A program made the position numbers and the translations under genes. A stretch of DNA of 64,000 bases from Phoronis australis (lineage: Eukaryota; Animalia; Phoronida): NCBI GenBank assembly GCA_002633005.1, contig NMRA01000029.1, positions 381,396-445,395 of the forward strand, written 5' to 3'. Below are positions 1 through 13,300 of this stretch, in pieces (positions within the stretch are counted from its first letter, which is position 1; each line of letters starts with the position of its first letter). Under the pieces are notes generated by a model, which did no database searches, had not been told where the DNA came from, and saw only the letters and a program-made list of their open reading frames with translations.

Positions 1-192
1 GTGTCTCTGCCTGTGTCCGCAATACCTCAAAGGACTGGGCACGTGTAAATATATTCCCGCCAACGTTTGCCTTTACTGTGACCGACTGCAGTGACCCATT
101 GTGAGCCATTTCATTGTCCTGTAGCTCCACTGTGACGTTCAACGTAAAGAGGTCATCAGCGGCAGAATAGCCAGGCTTTCCATAATAGGATC
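1..192 (-). CDS. Exon (runs off window): repeat 7, second half (GSYYGKPGYSAADDLFTLNVTVELQD...FEVLRTQAET)
   Basis: ttttctag| acceptor at 193-194, phase 1, open to position 1. Confidence 0.85.
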
Positions 193-1294
193 CTAGAAAA
201 TGGATGTAGTCAAGTTTAAGAGTCTTAAGTCTAAAAAATTTATAGAATGCAGTTATATATTTAGGTGCATCCATTTTCGGCACCATTCACGCCTTTTTTA
301 TCTACTAAGTCTGTGTCACAGAACAGGCCAACAGGAAGGGACCAATCATTTCAGCAACTCAGTTGAATTCTGTTTGCACTGATTGCTCATGACAAGAATT
401 ACACATGCACTCACTCGGCATGCTGGGAAACTCGGCCACGTCATTCTGTCCAATTATTTTTGGTTGTACTGCACACAATTTGAGGTTCATTAAAAGTGAA
501 TGTAGGAAATTTTGGTCAACTGCACAGCAAGGAATGTAATGGTTCTAATGAAATATGACTCACTGTCACTCAGCTAAAAACAAAAGCGCCCTCTATCAAC
601 ATGTTGTCCTCACAATTAATCTATTTTGTTTGGTTGAAAAAGTGACGGTCACATCGTCGATAGGGTGTCAGATGTAGGTAAACCATGCTAAATATTAAGA
701 TTGTTGAAATTAGAAACATCTACAGCAATTGAGGAGTCTTGATGAATCCATTGGAGATGTGTTACAGTCAAAATATTTGTTTTGGAAAAATGATGTTATG
801 ACCAGGTTACAGCATAAAAAGTATAAATGAACTCACTGTGAAAATACACAACTATCATCCAATATCAAATGAAACAACAGGTTCTTTTGCGCTCACACAA
901 ACACAACCCACCACTGTTGGCAACAATGCCCAAGTCTGCAAGTCCAGTGTCCATCTGCGTCGTGTCAGACGATGATGAAAGTGTAACTGTAACTAGTTTG
1001 CTAGACAAGCACGGTAAGTTCCGTCCTGACGTTTCCAGTGCGATACCTTTCACGATAACAAAAGCCCCGTTGTTGTTCTCTGACTTCACAGTAACGTTGA
1101 CTGCCGTTAGCGACATGGGAGGAATGGTGACATTAACCAGCATCCAAGCAGTTTGACGTATTCCTATTGTGGTGGAGGACACTTGGAAGATGTCTAAAGA
1201 TGGATTGATCTGAAAACAGAAAGAGCAAGGTAAAATAGACAGACGGATATAGATTGAAACATCGATAGATAGATAGATAGAGATAGAGAGAGAT

Positions 1295-1361
<67 letters not shown>

Positions 1362-4300
1362 GCGTGCATGCATGCGTGCGGGTGTGCGTAAGCCGGAGGC
1401 CGGATATCCTCAAAGGCCAAAAGCCATTTCATAAAATAAAGCAAGAAACAGAAAATACAAGACTATTAATACATCTGACATACAATTGGAAGACTAGCAA
1501 AAGAAAATCAATGGAACTCTAATAAATAAACAAATAAATAAGATGGACAGAAAAACATAAATGCAGACTTAATTGGGCACTTGCGCTGACACTAGGTTGG
1601 TAACACTTCAAACTTCTTGGTAATTACTAAAACATTACAAAAAATCCAATGACAATGCATTTGGTAATGATTCTACAATGTGTTTCAGTAAAAATTTGGT
1701 TCCAGTAAGTTACTAAGATTCTGCATCAATTTAATTGGTAATATCTCAACCAGTACCAAAAGTTACTGAAATTCTAACCAGTACCAAAAGTTACTGAAAT
1801 TCTGGAATGTGGTAAGTACCTGGATGCAATGCATTACAGAAACATTACATTGTGCAATGATTTGGTATTTTTTATTCAAGTGCCAAAACAAAATACTGTT
1901 ACCAGAACAGTAAGCAAGTCTGCTATGATTCAATTCCCTTATGTAAACTACACCACACCCACTGGCCCAGCCTGTACTTTCATGCTTGGATTGTCTACTC
2001 ACCCCACCATTTATGTACTCCACGACCGGTCCAGTGACGGCCATACTAATCTGTCCTGCGTACAACGTGTTCTGATTCACCATAGTGGTTCCGCTGAGCG
2101 TCGCGTTATCACCCACCTGTAGCTTACCTTGTAGAACTTGGGCAACGACTAGCACTGACACCTGTAGGGAAAAAAGAAAATTATACCAATATATGCATCA
2201 TAAATCAAGAACGGAACCTCCAAAATAGCTATAAGTGGCCTGCAGCAATGAAATTATTTGAATAAGGCAAATACATAACTCAGGTATCAGATATTAGGTA
2301 TGGTTCCCAATGAAAACCGGGAGTTTAGCTGTGTTGCATTACTATACTACATTTGAAATTCGTGGTTGCACCCTCCCTTCGCTGGTGGAGAACTCAACAC
2401 AGTTAAGCCAAATCCTAGTTACAGGGGTGGAAAACATTCCATAACCATGCCTCTAAATTCCATCTACAATCCTCCAAGCTTAAGTCTCGGACCAGCAAAC
2501 ACAAAACTTACAGACTGACTGCATGCTAATAAAAGCCAAAGTGTGACTTCCAATAAAATTACATCACTCAGTTTTCTTAATTCTGGTGTGAGCATCCCTT
2601 TTTGATATTAGGATGCACACGCTTATATATTCGCTTCTATAGAAGCTATGCCACTGCATTAGCTGTACACTTCAGCATATAAAGAATTCTCACCACATCA
2701 TTGTCAATCTTCGATTCATCAATAGGGTGCCGACAGATTGTTCCGAGATCTAAAGTGCCAATGTCGGTGGTTTTCGAGTTGTTCCTGAAACAAAACCAAT
2801 GACAACATAATCTCGATAAAGATAGAGGGGGAGCACTGGAGGGGAGAAGGATGGAGGGAGGGCGGGGAGGGGGAAGAAAAGNNNNNNNNNNNNNNNNNNN
2901 NNNNNNNNNNNNNNNNNNNNNNNNNNNNNNNNNNNNNNNNNNNNNNNNNNNNNNNNNNNNNNNNNNNNNNNNNNNNNNNNNNNNNNNNNNNNNNNNNNNN
3001 NNNNNNNNNNNNNNNNNNNNNNNNNNNNNNNNNNNNNNNNACGCTACAGTTCAGACAATAACAACATGAAATCTTTCAAACAAGTTGGTCTTTTACAAAA
3101 TTGCTCAAGCTGGAAAACAGTCCTGACTATGTAGTAATATCGAAACAATAATCAAGTATTAGAGAGAATGATTAGAATTTAAAAAATAACCACATGAGAA
3201 AAATGTGATGAAACATAACGTTTTTCTTCATTGACTATTAAGTACCTTCAAGTGAGTACAGGTAAAAAAACGAAAGGTAGTCTGTTGTTGAAAGAAAAGT
3301 ATTATACTAAAGAGGAAAGAAACTGTTTTTAATGTCACCTTAAGCAAAAATCCAGATCCTGGTTATCTTGAAATTACATTTTCTGTATTAATTACTGTTC
3401 CCCTGGGGCCAGTTGCATAAATGTTAAACGTCATATAGCAACAATGACATTGCATTATCACGTGTCACGTTGTTATTGTTCAACAATGCACCTGACGTCA
3501 TGTAACAATCAAACTTATCCAGCGGATAATTTTGAAGTTTTATGCAACCCAGCCCTGGTGTGTATTTGTTATCCACGCAACAATTGGAAGTCATGTAAAC
3601 AGCTTGACAAAGGGCACAACGCTTCTTTGCTCTGCATCCACTTCCATTGAGCAACCACGAATGACCTGCTCAGACTGTGTGTGTTCAATAGCGATTAGAA
3701 CATTATGTATGTGTCTCCAAATGGAGGAAAACTTAGAATCAAGATGCAAGCCCTTTGCTGAGATGTTTACGTCACTTTCTATTGTTTCAGGCCAGGAGAA
3801 TAATAATGAGCACAGAAAATATATTTCCAAGATAACCAGGGACCTGTGTTTTAACATAACATCAAAAACGTTTTCTCCTTTAAATCTTTTAAAGTGCAGA
3901 CTCCCTCACCAATTAACGTCCAACAAACATTACCTGCTGGTGTATGTTGGCACTACACCTTCAGTGTTCAAGCAGGGAATGTTGTCACCCCGGGAGTCCA
4001 CGGACACTTCACAGATCTGAACAGTCTCTGGTTCTGTAAGCGGTGTGAGAAACTTGGATGTGACAAGATGAGCACACCCAGCCCCCATCGTGAGGTCCAT
4101 CTTCACTTTGACGAGACCACCAAGAGCGACACCTGTTGTTGCGTTAGTACTGGCCAGAACCAGCTTCACATTTGGAGATGCCTGACGAAGATGAAAGTTG
4201 AAACTGAGTTCACTACATGTCGTTGACAGAAGTCCTTACTCAAATGAAGAAAATCTGATGACTGTTGCCAGAGTCTATAACTTCAATTCCCTGAATTCAA

Positions 4301-7300
4301 CTCTCCTCGTTGCAGAGGTTGCAAAACATAATTGTATAATGAACATAGTTTTTGATTGGTTAGGCTGCTAAGCTTTTCCAAGTTGAAATGGACAGGAACA
4401 ATATATCAGCGTCACCTAGTTGATGAGATTGGTTCTGCATGAGGCCGGGCTCTAATGTTTGTATTCGAAATCCAACGTGAAATAATTTTCTGCTGTTTCT
4501 CCGCAAACTCAAGATAAGTGTCTGTTAGTTTATGCTAGGTTAGACTATGGTTTATGCACAGGAGTTTTAAGTCCAAATTCACAATTAATGACCGCGAGAT
4601 TCGAGCCACGTGATGTGGCCTACAAGTGACACTGACACTAAAATGTTTGCAATCGATATTTCAATGCCAGTTTAAGATCTACATATTCACATAGAATACT
4701 AGACTACCTTGACTTCACACACAACCAGAATAGAAAATGCCAAAAAGATTAGATTCTGGCCATGAACTGTTCACATTATGTTAGTGGTGGCTAAAGCTAT
4801 CTCACAGGAATATGCCTCCATTCCCACAACCAAATTCAACTCTCCTCTTTTGCGGAGGTAGCAAAACATTTAATGTTTTATTTTCATCGCAAAATTTGAA
4901 AACAAAACACTGCTTCTCCGCCACAATGAATGCTTAAAAGGTAAAGTAATGCTTTCTTAACAATAAAACTCCTAATTTTTGTAATAATTTTGAGATTTTT
5001 AACATGTGAAAGTCACTCAAAAGAATTATGAACAGTATATAATAAGTAATCATATCAACAACTCAATAAGCCTAATTTGAGTATAAAAATACTAGTCTAT
5101 GGATTAAAATTTTGGACTTAAATTGACAGGGTCAAGTCACCATGTCTTTTTAGTGAAATTACGCAAAAATGAAAGATAGCTCCATACCAATAAGGGAACC
5201 ATGAGAACCACCAATTCCAATTTATATCAGTCTTAAACCTAACTCTTAAAAAGGTTGACATGTTCTTAAAAATAATATTTTTGTTTTGTTTCACGCAGCT
5301 TTTGATTTTGTTTTCACGAAAACCATGAATTTCAGTAATTAACACCTAATGCATATGTGTAAAGCTTTCCAAGTTCAAAAAAGATTTGGAAACTAAAAAT
5401 CATGATATCTGAAAGTTTCCTTTCAATCTGAATACAATGTTCCAAAGTAATTTGGACATTTTTCAAAGGTTACTCATAACACCAAAGTGAATGGTAAGCA
5501 ACTGGACTCATGCCTGTCAGCTCTGAATTTTTCAATTATCCCGATTTTTCATTTTTACCACCGCAGTACCAAAGTTAGAAACACTGTACCGAAGCAATCG
5601 GTGAAATAACAGTCAACTGTCCAGTAGCATTCACAGTGCTGGAGCCGGTCATGAGTTCAAAGGTCACCGTCTCCAAGCTGGACACTGGAACGTTCCCGTC
5701 GAGTTTGGCTGTCACTGCAAACTTGACTGAATCCTCATCAAACAGAGTGGAGTTTGACAAACTTCCAGTACCTAAAATGAAAAACAATGAAAGATTCTCA
5801 TAACAGATTATTAAAGTTCACTTTCAGCGATCATCTACTAACTACTTAATATAATAAAAAAAAAAAAATTGCAGGCGGTCTGATACACGTTGTACCAGAC
5901 ATGCGCAGGCCTCGCATGTGGGCCCATTGCACTGATCACCTGGAAATATTTTTATGCTTTATTAATTTATGGTTAAAACTGAGCTAAGGAGCTAGAAACC
6001 TGGCTCAAGGGTTTAGCAGTGTGACCTGGTGGGACTTGAACCCACGACCTCGAGTAAAGAAAGCTGGCACTTATCAACCAGGCCACACTGTCTCCTCGCT
6101 AACTACTTAATAAAGTACTTACTTTTGAGTAAGACCACTCCCCGCTAAAAAATTTATCTCAGTCTGCACCATAGTAAGATTAAAAGTGAGTTTTGGGCTC
6201 AAGAAGAACAGACAAAGACTGAATTCATTTAGTTTTTATTTGCAGGGATCTTGATTTAAAATTCACGCTCATAATCTCTGCCAGTTCACACTCACTGACA
6301 GTGACTGCCTAAAATTTTCTACAAATTTCTTTTAAAACAGGATTCTAAACACAGTTTTGGCCGGTTAATAACGAGACATCGACTAAAACAGTGAGTACCT
6401 GTTTTTTAAATTTCTTTCAAACAGGACACTAGTTTGGTTGTGACCTATCAACAGATATCAGCAATGACTTGCTCACCTAAATCTTTAAAATGAAATAATG
6501 GTCTGTTACCATCGCCTACCCTCGAAAGTTTTGAGCGTTTCTTGATACTTCTAAAAAACTGCTAAATCAACAAGCGCCACATTTGTGTGGGAAAGATCGC
6601 CCACACTGAATGAAAACATTCGCTTTAAGGCACAGTGAGGAAGTGTGGTGAATGAATAATGCCTTTATCGCGCAGGGGAGGTAACAATGCCAAGATCAGA
6701 ACCAACTTCGTGTAAATTCTCCAAAATAGGGTACCGATCAAATGTTCAATACACTGAATATAATTATATTACTGAAAATCCCTTATCACTCAGTTGCCAT
6801 GACAACAGGACTTCCACATAGGCCTAAGATGGAAAACGCATGAAACAGACCTCAAGGTCGGTGACCACCAAAGTTATCCTAGACTCTACCAATCATGTGG
6901 CACGCTTCCAGTAAACATTCAAACTTTTAGAAATTTGATTAGTTACTTTTCAAATCTCAAGTGAAGTTCAAAGGTTACATTCTCCAAATTATNACTTAAT
7001 AAAGTACTTACTTTTGAGTAAGACCACTCCCCGCTATAAAATTTATCTCAGTCTGCACCATAGTAAGATTAAAAGTGAGTTTTGGGCTCAAGAAGAATAG
7101 ACAAAGACTGAATTCATTTAGTTTTTATTCAGGGATCTTGATTTAAAATTCACACTCATAATCTCTGCCAGTTCACACTCACTGACAGTGACTGCCTAAA
7201 ATTTTCTACAAATTTCTTTTAAAACAGGATTCTAAACACAGTTTTGGCCAGTTAATAATGAGACATCGACTTAAAAACAGTGAGTGCCTGTTTTTACATT

Positions 7301-10300
7301 TCTTTCAAAAAGGACACTAGTTTGGTTGTGACCTATCAACAGATAGCAGCAATGACATGCTCACCTAAATCTTTAAAATGAAATAATGGTCTGTTACCAT
7401 CGCCTACCCTCGAAAGTTTTGAGCGTTTCTTGATACTTCTAAAAAACTGCTAAATCAACAAGCGCGACATTTGTGTGGGAAAGATCGCGCACACTGAATG
7501 AAAACATCCGCTTTAATTAAGGCACAGTGAGGAAGTGTGGTGAATGAATAATGCCTTTATCGCGCAGGGGAGGTAACAATGCCAAGATCAGAACCAACTT
7601 CGTGTAAATTCTCCAAAATAGGGTACCGATCAAATGTTCAATACACTGAATATAATTATATTACTGAAAATCCCTTATCACTCAGTTGCCATGACAACAG
7701 GACTTCCACATAGGCCTAAGATGGAAAACGCATGAAACAGACCTCAAGGTCGGTGACCACCAAAGTTATCCTAGACTCTACCAATCATGTGGCACGCTTC
7801 CAGTAAACATTCAAACTTTTAGAAATTTGATTAGTTACTTTTCAAATCTCAAGTGAAGTTCAAAGGTTACATTCTCCAAATTATATCATACATATAAATA
7901 GAGAGTGAGAGAGAGAGGGAGAGGGAGAGAGATTATTTGCAGAGGTCACCTTGGTCTGCCCCTCCTTTGACGAGCTAGGAATTCAGAATCAATTTGTATT
8001 CTTGATGACTAAAACCACGGAGAACAAATTAGTTTCAGGCGAAAAAAGCTATTATTTACTACTTATTTAATAGTGACTGAGAACTTTAGTCTAATTTTCT
8101 TTTTGTCATTGTATACATGTACGCATTGCCTATTTTTTACGTTCTCTTTATGGTGACTGATAAGACCAAGTTGTGGCTACGTATTAACTGCTACAGGTCA
8201 CTAAAAATTAATGATTATTGATTGATTGATACACCACAAAAATTATGATGACACATACCTATATTAGTCAATACAGCTCTTACACTGCCCACATTGGACG
8301 CATAGCTGGACGTGGTCACAAAGTTTCGTCCTTCACACGGTAGATTGGCTCCCGCTTCCAAAATCTTGATCAGACATATTGTGACATTTCTACTTCCTGT
8401 CGCCTTGAAGCTGTACACTGCACCAGTGCTGCGAGGAATTTTCAAGTGGACTATCAGTTGACCGGAACCCCCAGGTATCGTTGATGCGGAGGAATTTACG
8501 AATAACATTGGCTTTTCGCTGTTCTGTAATAGAAAATGTTGAAAATGTAAGGCTATCTAGCCCCTTATTGATAAGTTTGTGCATAATGTAAGGCTATCTA
8601 GCCCCTTATTGATAAGTTTGTGCATAATGTAAGGCTATCTAGCACCTTATTGATAAGTTTGTGCATAATGTAAGGCTATCTAGCACCTTATTGATAAGTT
8701 TGTGCATAATGTAAGGCTATCTAGCCCCTTATTGATAAGTTTGCGCATAATGTAAGGCTATCTAGCACCTTATTGATAAGTTTGTGCATTGAACTAAATA
8801 TCTACAAAACTATAAAACTAAACTCAGAAAAAGTATATATTTTCTGAAAGTAGAAAGACAAATCATAAACTACCAGAAGTTAAATTTGTCTCATTTCCAA
8901 ACTGGCGAGTGGCAAATTTCTGCAATCGATCAAGCTATGATATGTCGTTACCATGTCCTTTAAACAAGATTCCTCATCACAACTGGTTTTATCCACATTC
9001 TTCCCGACACAGCTTCTATTGTAAGTAAGTGATCCGTATAATTAGTTGATAAGCCATGCTGGAAACTACTTTCCAATGAATAGCTCAAGGCAAGGTTTTT
9101 TTTGTTGACACAATCACTTACTTGACCAATTTTGAAAATTCAAGAACCCAGTCTAATTTTACTCCTCTCTTCAGATTTTAGGGCTTCCATTGGTTTTCAA
9201 GTCCCAAAAACAAAATGGAAAAATAAAGCCTGGATACTTTCAAGCCAACTATTTAGATATGATCTGATAAGAAACAGTAATTAGCCTTAGTATGTGACCT
9301 AGTGTCAACTAGCCCCCCTAGTGATAGTGGAATATGAATAGAACCTGTCAGGCTGACCATGTGACATTAGAGATATTCAAAAGAATTTCCCAAATCGATC
9401 CTTATCTCGTTCAAAGGGAATCTTTACAGAATGGCGACCAGTGGCTGCATCATCTAAATCTACAAAAAACCTATTCTCCAAAACACGTACCAGTTGGTAT
9501 TTTTGAATATTGACGAGGAAACTGTGAACCCAATATTATTAACTGTAGTCAACAATCTCAGTTAATGTTTATTTCAGTATAAAAGTCTTGAGTGGGTCAA
9601 AACATATAGCTACAGTCTGTATTTTTGAAGAGAACGATTCTCCAAAATACCACCACTTTTCAGTAAAGAAAAAATGAAAAACGAGACAAAAAATACTTTG
9701 TGCCATATCCTTTCATGACAGGGCCATCCACACGACTTTGCACTTTTGAAAATGCCGGGAATGGTACAGACACATTTTCACATAAAAAGTAGTATCTGCA
9801 CAGCAACATGGCATTTAGAAGCTTACCGCAGGCAGATGAACATCCATGCCTTTCAGTACGGTGAACTCGGCCTCGCCAACGTAGATGTACTCGCTTGAGA
9901 ACTGTACACTGGCAGCCACAAATACCCGACTCCCATTCACAACAGCCACGTGATCTTGTAAGTGACCAATGAGGCGAACGGTGAATTTGCTTCCATCGGC
10001 ATCAGAGTATATGGGAATACTTGTCAAGCCTCCCAGATTGACCTGGGCCTGGTCGTGAAGAGGCGATGAGTATCTGGTAGGGAAGGAGCTAGGTGGATCA
10101 CACAATGGTATTTGCAGATGTTGAGAACAGCAAGTTATCAAACGGTGAACAGGAAGTGAGCAGACAAAATAACGTTTTCCTGTGATGATCGGTCGTTCTG
10201 ACTAAACTCTGAAGGTGATTTCCTCCCACCACGACGGGAAATTCTGGGTCATTTTGTCCCATTATTGTTGGCCTGCAGTGTACGGCAATTCTCAACTATT

Positions 10301-13300
10301 TCGCAAAAGATAATTGCCAAAGTTGTCATTTTTTCATTTTCAAAGGCTGGTTACTTTATTAAAAATTGTGAAAACTTCACCAAAAGTTGTTTTATAACAT
10401 CAACATGGTACAATTAGAGTAATTGGAATCTAGAAAGATTACCATACACAATGTTATAGAGTAAAATTTTCTTAACTTATATTTTTGTGTAGAATTTTTA
10501 CAAAATTGAATTTCACTTGATATACCGTAGTGTGTCTTGAATGAGTAAAGGATCACAGATGCAGTAACAGCAAAACAATAAAGATAAAATACACACTGCA
10601 AAAGATGGATGAGTATAATTGGAGGACTAATAACATATGAGATACAATAAAAACAACTATAATTAATAATTTAACTTTCATAACTCTATCATTAATATAA
10701 TTATAACACAAATGTGACAATAGCAACACTGTTTTTAAAATGGCTATTTTTTCATTAGCAATAAAAGTTACAGTAGTAGCACAGTAGCACTGCCTGTCCA
10801 GACGCAATAAGTTCAATTATAATACAATTACCTAACACACGAATTCAGACAAGTATTACACCCATCTGATGAGTCATTGAGGAGACAGTGAGGCCCAATG
10901 GGCCAAGTGCCCACTTCCTTTACTAAAGGTCGTGGGTATGAGTCCCAGTACTGTACACTGCTAGACCCTTGAGTCAGGTCGCTAACTCCTCATTTAGGTT
11001 TTATTTATATATTAAAGATGATATGTCTAATTAAACCGTGAATATCTAAATTTGTAGAAAGTGGGACCTCATGACTTCCTTGAGAACTGTGTGTACAAGT
11101 ATAACCCAGAAAAGAAACAATATGTATTATACAGTTTGAAGAAAACAGCATGACTGATAAGAGTGTGAACAAGTCATATAGAAAACTCTTAGACTAGTAA
11201 TTCCCAATATTAAGCAATCGTTATTTGATAGTGAAATGAACAATAAAAACTATGGCTTGTTTTATTAGGGTAAAGATGATATATCAAAATGCTCATTTAC
11301 ATAAAAATAGTCTTGCAAAATGAGACTTTCACGAGATTGCAATGGTAAATGGTTCTCGGATGGTTTCCGGCATTTTCATATTCACAATTTAATGAAACAT
11401 AGCATCTTTAATAAAGCATAAATGGTTCCAGGATATCAGTGCAATGGGCCCAATTCAGTGGCCTGCGCACGTCTGGTACAATGTGTACCAAACCGTCTGC
11501 AATTATTTGTGTTTGATTTGTCATTGGGAAATGTCTTTGATCTGTTATTTTGGAATAAATGTTTAAAAAACAAAAACAACAAAAAAAGAACTGTTACAGC
11601 TAATAGTCGCACAAAACTAACGTTTACCTTGATCTAAGAGAAAATGCATGGCTTGATGGAAAGCAAGCTAGGTTCTTCCCAATGAAACTGATGTCAACCT
11701 TACAAGCAGACATTACAGCAGAGTCATTCATATACGGAGTGTTGATGAGTATAGATACGGTGTCGTAGAAGATGTTGGGCTTTAGCGTGACATCCATGTA
11801 CAGGATTGGCACGCCACCTATTGGGATCTCCTGACCTGTGAAGCCATAGCGTAATGCCACACTGATGTCGTCTTTTCCCTATAAAATGGAGACATATGAC
11901 ATATGGAACTCCACGTGTCACAATAAGCGGTCGGTATTAAAAATAATTTTGAGTATTAAAGGACTACAGAAGCTTTGAGTCCCAGCATGTAGACAGTTTA
12001 CTTAAGATGTAATACCCATACATGGTATTACCGTGAAAAAGCACAGTTGGCATTGGTCTGTGAATTTTTTTTAAACTGAGTTAGTGATGTATTGTTTTAG
12101 TTGCTTACTTTTTAAACAAGAAAACCCACCTGAGATGAGCAACAAATGATGCGGGATATTTTTTTCTCATCACTTGGTAAGTTATGGTGTTTCAAACCTT
12201 GCTTACCTTTGTTTATGTGTCTTTGCACAGTTTTTCAAAACAAAAACACGAGACTTCAGTTGAAATGGAGGCAGACCAGCACTTTTTTAGTTGGTGAGCA
12301 CAGATCTCAAAATTAGTCGAGGTGAAGACCAGAAACAGTATCCTTTTCAGGCAAAACAAGTGTTTTATTGAGGTGAGTGTGTCTGGGCGTGCACACAGGA
12401 GATAGATATAGGATAGACTTGCTTCACACTGCTAACCGCACTGGGTGTTTGAACATGAATGAACAAAACTTTGAGGTATTGCCAAATATTATTATCACCG
12501 TCAACATCAGTTAGTAGCTGCCAGTGTCAAAATAAAAAAAAATCTGTTTGAATGAGTTATTACAATACAGTCATGCATTTAGTAACTTGTTGACAGGAGT
12601 CATGGACGCATTACCTGTTCTGTGGCCACTACAAGTATATGTGTAACGGAGATATCAGCGTTGCAAAGGGCAAAGAGAAGAATAGAATTACATTGTCAAT
12701 CAAAAATCATTCACGTGAACTCTACAGGAACTGTAGGATTTACATCGATATACAGTTTTGTAACAATACTTAAAGGAGAATGCCACCCAAAAAACGACCT
12801 ATTTTGTATCAATTTAGATCGAGTAGTTCCACTCGATAACAGCAAGTACAGTTCTTTTACCTGACACCTGATGGCAGATGGAAGTGTAGAAATTACCCAA
12901 TGGTGTCAGAGGTTCAAACGCAGTCTGTTCAGCAATGGTTCACAATATGCTTCCTGGTGTCAGCTTATCACTTGAATTCATCGTTTCACACAATAAATAA
13001 TCAAAATTTGACATAAAACCATTACAAATACATTAAATTCTTATACAAAAATATTGTTTTATTTCGCTGTTACGGATTTATTTGTATTTGAACATACTGT
13101 AGCCTACAAAATTCGGTAGGCCAATTTACCAAGGTCGTTTGAGGGATTTTGGGGTATGTTCGGTGATAAATTTGAATTATTCTTCCGTGAAATACAGACA
13201 GGAGTACATAGCTGCGTGTTGTAATTTTAAATTTGCGATTTTTTCAGTTCTAAATATACAAAACGCTTGTTATCCCGGCCAGTGGCTCAGAACCCAATCA

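Noticed and set aside
865-1522. ORFs with poly-HT / poly-CV tracts
   Set aside because: These are translations of the (GT)n microsatellite. Only 912-1209 on the minus strand is a real exon.
3532-4226. Plus-strand ORFs of 162 and 110 aa
   Set aside because: They lie antisense to a real exon and intron and show no recognisable motifs.
6105-7884. Recent segmental duplication or LTR pair
   Set aside because: The copies abut across a single N, with no TG...CA ends or internal region. This is typical of unmerged allelic contig overlap.
8544-8789. CRISPR-like regular repeat
   Set aside because: The units are contiguous and near-identical with no unique spacers, there are no cas genes, and it sits in a eukaryotic intron. 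It is a minisatellite.
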